Shown: one piece after another, positions 58,849-64,000 of the stretch
Numbering within the stretch: the first letter of the stretch is position 1
Layout of the letters: every line of letters begins with the position of its first letter
Assembly: GCA_965205855.1 (NCBI GenBank)
Contig: OZ242184.1
Coordinates: forward strand, 886,570 to 950,569
DNA from: Thermodesulfobacteriota bacterium
GTDB taxonomy: Bacteria > Desulfobacterota_D > UBA1144 > Nemesobacterales > Mycalebacteriaceae
Length of the DNA stretch: 64,000 bases
Direction of reading: 5' to 3'
Made by a program: the position numbers and the translations under genes
Notes under the pieces: generated by a model
What the model was told of the DNA's origin: nothing
What the model saw: only the letters and a program-made list of their open reading frames with translations
Databases searched by the model: none

Positions 58849-59415
58849 TCACTTCACCCTTTCAACATAACTTCCGTCCCTTGTATCAACCCTTATGATA
58901 TCCCCAGGGTTGACAAAAAGCGGGACGTTAACCTTCGCTCCGGTCTCAAGAGTCGCGGGCTTTGTCGCGGACGCGGCGGTGTCTCCCTTCACTCCCGGTT
59001 CCGCCTCGGTAACTTTCAATTCCACAACCGCCTTGGGAAACTCAACTCCACGCGGCTCCCCGTTGATGAAGTTGACCTGGACCTCCTGGTGCTCGCTGAT
59101 AAAATCCGCCATGCTCCCAACCTGAGCGGCCGAAAGCTCCCATTGGTCAAACTTCTCGCTGTCCATAAAATGGTAGGAAGAACCGTCCGAATACAGAAAC
59201 TGCATTGCCGTTTTTTTTATGTCAGGAGTATCAAATTTGTCTCCCGAACGGAATTTTTTTTCCTGTACCGCTCCCGTAACTATGTTGCGCACCTTTACCG
59301 TTACGATGGGACTACGTTGAGCCATCTTTGAGTGCTGATACTCAATGATCTCCCAAATCCCGTCATCGGTCTGTATTTTCATTCCTCTGTGAAAATCGTT
59401 TGTTTCAACAACCAT
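58849..59415 (-). CDS. efp: elongation factor P
   Basis: MVVETNDFHRGMKI..., KPATLETGA..VPLF. The ATG at 59415 is preferred, and the longer ORF overlaps the mutL end. Confidence 0.9.
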   Translation of the reverse strand: MVVETNDFHRGMKIQTDDGIWEIIEYQHSKMAQRSPIVTVKVRNIVTGAVQEKKFRSGDKFDTPDIKKTAMQFLYSDGSSYHFMDSEKFDQWELSAAQVGSMADFISEHQEVQVNFINGEPRGVEFPKAVVELKVTEAEPGVKGDTAASATKPATLETGAKVNVPLFVNPGDIIRVDTRDGSYVERVK

Positions 59416-59437
59416 TTTATTCTCCGGACAAGTGAGA

Positions 59438-61240
59438 TTACTTTCTCTTGAACATCTTCTCAAGACTGCCGTAAGTAATTCTTACCGCGACCGGCCTGCC
59501 GTGCGGACAGAAATGGGGAGACTCGCATTTGTCCATATCGGAGAAAAAAGTATTTAACTCCTCCTCCGCCGTTATGTATCCGGCACGGATGGACCGGTGA
59601 CACGCCATTGTGGCGAGAATGTGCTCGGTTTTTTCGTCAAGCTTGTTGGAAAGTTCCGGACAGTCGGCCTCTTTCAGTTCGGTAAAAATATCGATAAATA
59701 GGTTTCTACCACTTACGCACGGCAAAATGGCGGGAAGCGCACCAAGTCTGATGGCATCTTCTCCAAACGCTTCTGCGCCAAACCCTATTCTGCTCATTTT
59801 CGGTTCAATCTCCGCAAACAGGATGATATCTTCGGGACGCATCTCTATAATCTCCGGTATGAGAAGCCTCTGAGCCTTCAAGCCGCCGTCGTTGAGGTAA
59901 CTGTTTTTAAGCCGCTCAAAATTGACTCTCTCGTGCGCTGCATGTTGGTCAATCAGCACAAGTCCCTCTTTTGACTCACAGATAATGTAAAGCCCTGCTA
60001 CCAGCCCGATACGGTTAAGTTGGGAGAAAAAACCCCTCTCCGCAGGGGAAGAGATTCCTTGCGGATTGCCGGTTCGCGGTGGCTCCTCCAAAGCTGTGAA
60101 ATCCAAATCGGGGGCTTTGTTTACCGGTGGCTTTCCGTAAACCTGAGCACCGATAGACTGCCGTGCCGCGCGGGAGCCGGAACCGTACCGTTCGGATTCG
60201 GGGGTCTCTCTCATCGGAGATGTTTGCCGGGGAGCGGACGGTTCCGGATAACCGGTAATCCACGGAGCGGATGAAAGGAAAGCCTCCACCGCCGCGCGAA
60301 CTGACGCGGCAACCGCGGCGGGAGACTTGAAACGAACCTCGTGTTTTGTGGGATGCACATTGACATCAACCTCCTCCGACGACAGGTTGATAAAAAGCGC
60401 CCCTTGCGGATAACGCCCCCTTTCAAATGTGCGCCCGAAGGCGCCTATCACAACCTTGTTGACAAACCTGTCCCGCACATACCTGCCGTTAACATAGCAG
60501 TAAAAATGCGTCATTGAGGAAAATCCGTCCAAAGGGGAACAGAGAAATCCCTTTATTTCAACTGCGCCGCCCGTGGCTTCAATCTCATACGGCTTTATCT
60601 TTCCGAGCACATCCCCGACTCTGCGCTCAAGGTCGCCCGGAGAAAAACTGAAAATGCTTTTGCCGTTGTGCAGAACCTCAAAGCCAACTTCGGGATTTGC
60701 CAGCGCGATGGAACGGATAACTCCGGCGCACCTTGAAAGCTCGGTTTCATTTGTTTTCAGAAATTTGAGACGCGGACGCGTGTTGAAGAAAAGAGAGCGC
60801 GCCTCAACGGTTGTTCCTGCGGGACAGCCCGTGTCCTTCACACCGCCTGATCTTCCGCCCTCCACAACTATAAGGGTTCCGGTGTCGCAATCGCGCGGGC
60901 GTGTCTCAAGAGAGAATCTGGACACAGCGGCAATGGAGGCAAGCGCCTCTCCCCTGAACCCAAAGGTGGACACAGAGGCAAGCTCCTTTTCGTTCTTTAT
61001 CTTGCTTGTGGTATGCCGTTCAACGCTCAACACAGCATCTTCGCGCGACATTCCGCAACCGTCATCGGCAACCCTTACAAGGCGTTTTCCACCCGAATCA
61101 AGCTCAACCGAAATCCTTTTCGCTCCCGCATCAACGGAGTTCTCAAGAAACTCTTTGAGAACCGACGCGGGTCTTTCAATTACTTCTCCGGCAGATATTT
61201 TGGAAATAAGGATATCGTCAAGTTTTTGAATGTGGTTCAT
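59438..61240 (-). CDS. mutL: DNA mismatch repair protein MutL
   Basis: 600 aa. GHKL ATPase N-terminus (AGEVIERPASVLKEFLENSVDA, DDGCGM, GFRGEAL). The C-terminal endonuclease-type motif DQHAAHERV suggests a nicking MutL. Confidence 0.9.
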   Translation of the reverse strand: MNHIQKLDDILISKISAGEVIERPASVLKEFLENSVDAGAKRISVELDSGGKRLVRVADDGCGMSREDAVLSVERHTTSKIKNEKELASVSTFGFRGEALASIAAVSRFSLETRPRDCDTGTLIVVEGGRSGGVKDTGCPAGTTVEARSLFFNTRPRLKFLKTNETELSRCAGVIRSIALANPEVGFEVLHNGKSIFSFSPGDLERRVGDVLGKIKPYEIEATGGAVEIKGFLCSPLDGFSSMTHFYCYVNGRYVRDRFVNKVVIGAFGRTFERGRYPQGALFINLSSEEVDVNVHPTKHEVRFKSPAAVAASVRAAVEAFLSSAPWITGYPEPSAPRQTSPMRETPESERYGSGSRAARQSIGAQVYGKPPVNKAPDLDFTALEEPPRTGNPQGISSPAERGFFSQLNRIGLVAGLYIICESKEGLVLIDQHAAHERVNFERLKNSYLNDGGLKAQRLLIPEIIEMRPEDIILFAEIEPKMSRIGFGAEAFGEDAIRLGALPAILPCVSGRNLFIDIFTELKEADCPELSNKLDEKTEHILATMACHRSIRAGYITAEEELNTFFSDMDKCESPHFCPHGRPVAVRITYGSLEKMFKRK

Positions 61241-61244
61241 AAAT

Positions 61245-61430
61245 TCAGAACGCCCCGGATACCCTCAAAACTGCTATGATCGCAATCACAGCAACGGGAA
61301 CAACAACGGCGGCAAAAGCGAAAAGTACATAGAAAAAAAGAGCGCGGGAAGCATTTTTGCCGTAAACATCACCGGACTGCTCTTTTAAGGAAGCAAATAG
61401 CGACAGAAAAAATCCGCCGTCCGAGCTCAT
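61245..61430 (-). CDS. hypothetical small membrane protein (61 aa)
   Basis: Two hydrophobic segments. Its start overlaps the stop of the upstream GYD gene (ATGA). No family recognised. Confidence 0.35.
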   Translation of the reverse strand: MSSDGGFFLSLFASLKEQSGDVYGKNASRALFFYVLFAFAAVVVPVAVIAIIAVLRVSGAF

Positions 61431-61744
61431 CTTTTTTCGTTTCTCCTCTCGGCTTTGTCTTTGGCAAGAGTATCCACCACCGAGTCAATTGAAATAGCCA
61501 CAAGAGTAATAATCTCAACGGTTCCCCTTGAGCAAAGCTCAACCGACACCTGACCTATGGTTTCATTGTCCGGGGCTTCGACGATATTGACAAAATCGTA
61601 ATGACCGAGAGTGGCATACTGCTCAATAACCTGGACACCGAATTTTTCAAGCTCCCTGTCAACTTCTTTGATTCTCTCCGGCCTTTCCTTGACTGTTTTT
61701 CTTCCTTCGGGCGTTAACTTGCTGAGTAGAATATAGATTGACAA
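61427..61744 (-). CDS. GYD-domain protein
   Basis: 105 aa. YILLSKLTPEG...TLGHYDFVNIVEAPD matches the GYD family pattern. Confidence 0.7.
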   Translation of the reverse strand: MSIYILLSKLTPEGRKTVKERPERIKEVDRELEKFGVQVIEQYATLGHYDFVNIVEAPDNETIGQVSVELCSRGTVEIITLVAISIDSVVDTLAKDKAERRNEKR

Positions 61745-61800
61745 AACCCTTTCCGTTCCTGTGATATAGTCTTATTTTAATTGTATCGGTTCTTTGCCAC

Positions 61801-62907
61801 ATGACAACAAGGAAAATAAATTCACTCACTCTTACTGCGTTCTTTTTTATGGTTTCGGCGTTTTGGATTGCGGATGCGCACGCTTTGTCGCGCATCGGCA
61901 TTTTCGGCGGGCGGCAAAGCACGGACATCACCGTTGAAAGCTTCAAATGGCAGTCTGGCGGAATCGGCAGAAAAGCGGTTTTTTCGGAAGTAACGCTCCG
62001 CAACAACAGCAATCTGGACTATTCCTCGGTCACATTGAGAGCCCGGCTTCTGGTATCGGGAAAGTCAAGAGGCGGCGTTCGGGGCAAACTGAACACCGCT
62101 TTGAAAGCCTGGGAGATGAAAACATTCAAAAATGTGCGTCTCGGAAGAATGAACTTCAATGCGGACTCCGTCTCGCTTGAGGTTGTCGGCGCAACTCTCG
62201 CGTCAGAGGACGGAAAACGGCGAAACCCTCTCAAAATAACGGATTGGGAATGGAAAAGCGGAGGGCAACAGATGGGAAGCGGAACAATTGAAAAAATTGT
62301 CATAAAAAACCCGTCAAATACTCCGTACGGGAAAGTGCGCATTCTCATAGTTCAGAAAAGAGCGGGAAAAAGACTTCAGGCTTATCCGGTAACGATAAAT
62401 AAAATCGCCCGACCCGGCACGGAGACGGTTTATGAAAACGTGAATCCAGGATTTATCCACCCTTCGGCCGACGAGATTGAAGTCTCCATCGTCTCCGCAT
62501 ATCCGGTCTCGGAAAAACAGATAGCTTTGATGAGCGAAAGAGCCGGAGAGAAAAACACAAAGGCCGTAAAGTTCGGTGGCAAAGCCAAGGCCGTTCCGGG
62601 TTACGATATTGTGGTAAGAGAATTCGAATGGGGAAGCGGAGTCGCCGGTTCGCTGGGGGTTGTCAAATCTCTTGTCTTGACAAATAGAAGCGCTGTCCGA
62701 TATGCGGAAGTTTCCATGGCGGTGGAGTTTCTCTCAAGAAAAGGAACGGTTGTTAACACAAAAGTTTTCAAGATAAAAAAACCACCGACACCCGGAGAAA
62801 CCGTCACTTTCAAAAACTTGAAATTGGGAATTCTAAATTACTCTCCAGAAAAAAGACTGATGAGAATATATGTTAAAGGTGGCAAGAACACAGACTTGGA
62901 ACAATAA
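61801..62907 (+). CDS. hypothetical exported protein with three tandem ~110-aa repeats
   Basis: Signal-peptide-like N-terminus. The three modules start FKWQSGGIG.., WEWKSGGQQ.. and FEWGSGVAG.., and each ends ..TFKNVRLG / ..VYENVNPG / ..TFKNLKLG. Confidence 0.6.
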   Translation: MTTRKINSLTLTAFFFMVSAFWIADAHALSRIGIFGGRQSTDITVESFKWQSGGIGRKAVFSEVTLRNNSNLDYSSVTLRARLLVSGKSRGGVRGKLNTALKAWEMKTFKNVRLGRMNFNADSVSLEVVGATLASEDGKRRNPLKITDWEWKSGGQQMGSGTIEKIVIKNPSNTPYGKVRILIVQKRAGKRLQAYPVTINKIARPGTETVYENVNPGFIHPSADEIEVSIVSAYPVSEKQIALMSERAGEKNTKAVKFGGKAKAVPGYDIVVREFEWGSGVAGSLGVVKSLVLTNRSAVRYAEVSMAVEFLSRKGTVVNTKVFKIKKPPTPGETVTFKNLKLGILNYSPEKRLMRIYVKGGKNTDLEQ

Positions 62908-62910
62908 AAA

Positions 62911-63129
62911 TCAGTCCGTTACAAGAGATGCCTTTTTCATAATATCCGCTAAGCTTTCGCTAAACGATTGAGCCCCGCTGAGAGGAATCACTATGCATGA
63001 ACGACCGCCGCTCACTTCGGTTATGCGTACATATTTTCCCTTATGGTTTTCTTTCAAGTCAAAAAAGAACTTTTTCTGTTCTATGTTAATCTGTTTACTG
63101 ATATGGTCTTTTTCAAAATTTCCGCTCAT
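62911..63129 (-). CDS. PUR-alpha-like nucleic-acid-binding protein (DUF3276-type single PUR repeat)
   Basis: 72 aa. KKFFFDLKENHKGKYVRITEVSGGRSCIVIPLSG resembles bacterial PUR repeats. Recalled from memory and not searched. Confidence 0.55.
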   Translation of the reverse strand: MSGNFEKDHISKQINIEQKKFFFDLKENHKGKYVRITEVSGGRSCIVIPLSGAQSFSESLADIMKKASLVTD

Positions 63130-63203
63130 TGTTCACTCCCGCTAATTAAGACACTCTGACAGAAATTCTATACTACAAGCAAGCGGAGAAAAATCAAACC
63201 GGC

Positions 63204-63686
63204 TTGGCAGCCGCGGAAAATGAATTTATATTGCCATATATGGCGAAAATTAAGATAGAAATGCCGGATTTTTTTCTGTTTTCCACCGATATTACCGTAA
63301 GAATAAACGACATCAACTATGGAATGCACGTTGGGCATGACTCATTTCTTACAATAACCCATGAAGCACGGGTCAGGTTTCTGAGAAGTCTCGGAGCGAC
63401 CGAAGGCGATGTGTTTGGAAAAGGAATAGTGTTGTCTCACGCGGCCCTTTCATACACAAACGAGTCTTTCTACGGAGATGTGATAACGGTCAAAATAGGA
63501 GCCGGAGAGTTTAGTAAATACGGGCTGGAGCTTTTCTATCTGCTTTCCGAAAATACGCGCGAGACAGAGATAGGCAGAGTGCGAACCGGAATTGTCTTCT
63601 TTGACTACAAGAAACGGAAAGTGGCGCGCGTGCCGGCGAAATTCGCGCAAATGATTTCCAGTATCCGCGCGGCCGCGGACATTTGA
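63204..63686 (+). CDS. acyl-CoA thioesterase, hotdog fold (4HBT/YbgC-like)
   Basis: 160 aa. Hotdog-type pattern DINYGMHVGHDSFL with a predicted central helix. The true start may be the ATG at 63240 (MAKIKIE). Confidence 0.65.
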   Translation: MAAAENEFILPYMAKIKIEMPDFFLFSTDITVRINDINYGMHVGHDSFLTITHEARVRFLRSLGATEGDVFGKGIVLSHAALSYTNESFYGDVITVKIGAGEFSKYGLELFYLLSENTRETEIGRVRTGIVFFDYKKRKVARVPAKFAQMISSIRAAADI

Positions 63687-63689
63687 CGC

Positions 63690-64000
63690 CTATTTGCCAT
63701 TCGGGTAATCAACCCTGAACGCAATAAACAGGTTGCCACCCCTTCTCCGGACAAGAAACCGCACCGGCTTGTTTTTATCAATGTCTTTTATCTTTGCGTT
63801 GTAATGGTCTACGGATTTTATCTCATCACCGTTCACCTTAAGCACAATATCCCCACGACGAACACCGGCATCCCACGCGGGACTGTCTCCGCGCACGTTG
63901 ACCACAACAACACCGGAGCGCGAATCCAGAGCGTAACGTTCCGCAAGACCCTGAGTAACCTGAGCAACCCGTATTCCGGTTGAGGAAGATGGCTCTTGCT
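63690..64000 (-). CDS. HtrA/DegP-family serine protease, C-terminal PDZ part only (5' end beyond window)
   Basis: The frame is open to the window edge (..RVAQVTQGLAERYALDSRSGVVVVNVRGDSPAWDAGVRRGDIVLKVNG), a typical PDZ domain. Confidence 0.7.
   Translation of the reverse strand, partial: QEPSSSTGIRVAQVTQGLAERYALDSRSGVVVVNVRGDSPAWDAGVRRGDIVLKVNGDEIKSVDHYNAKIKDIDKNKPVRFLVRRRGGNLFIAFRVDYPNGK

Overview
This 64 kb window is a compact, gene-dense bacterial chromosome segment. GC looks mid-range by eye and was not computed. I cannot name the taxon. The gene content suggests a non-Firmicute lineage: futalosine-pathway radical SAM enzyme, GlnRS, RpoH-type sigma factor, PUR-alpha-like protein. About 85% of the window is housekeeping: mgtE, recO, argJ, pyrD, ychF, a tRNA Pro-Arg-His cluster, cysK, ftsH-folP-cdaA-cdaR-glmM-pdxJ-acpS-folC, rpe, glnS, ilvE, der, ybeY, scpAB, xerD, ahcY-metK, hemB, rpmE2, tRNA-Asn, rpoH, alaS, rplU-rpmA, lgt, hisCD, ptsH, efp and mutL. 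The exception is an accessory island of about 9.3 kb (about 42.8-52.1 kb) between rplU and an HNH-endonuclease/thpR(ligT) gene pair. The island has four notable parts. (1) A tightly coupled four-gene minus-strand operon: Type III-like Mod, an AT-rich 185-aa membrane-anchored ORF, a Res helicase-nuclease, and a DUF5131 (Gp37/Gp68-type Cys-cluster) protein. The DUF5131 C-terminal tail runs over the apparent rplU promoter. I consider this operon the best candidate for an undescribed composite defence system. (2) The mod gene is split by a frameshift exactly at a G7 homopolymer 37 codons into the gene. A G8 allele would restore one ORF of about 546 aa, which is the architecture of a phase-variable mod gene. 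(3) A second, Type II-like R-M cassette (alpha-class Dam-like methylase plus uncharacterised 225-aa and 69-aa ORFs) is bracketed by two 164-bp perfect direct repeats. These repeats are copies of the thpR 3' end, its downstream spacer and the first 7 nt of mod. A third, diverged copy is the 3' end of the intact thpR gene. (4) Remnants of IS1380-family and IS1595-family transposases sit at the inner junctions. No integrase, CRISPR array or rRNA was found in the window. All functional calls rest on motif and family recognition by eye from the supplied translations. No database search was run.
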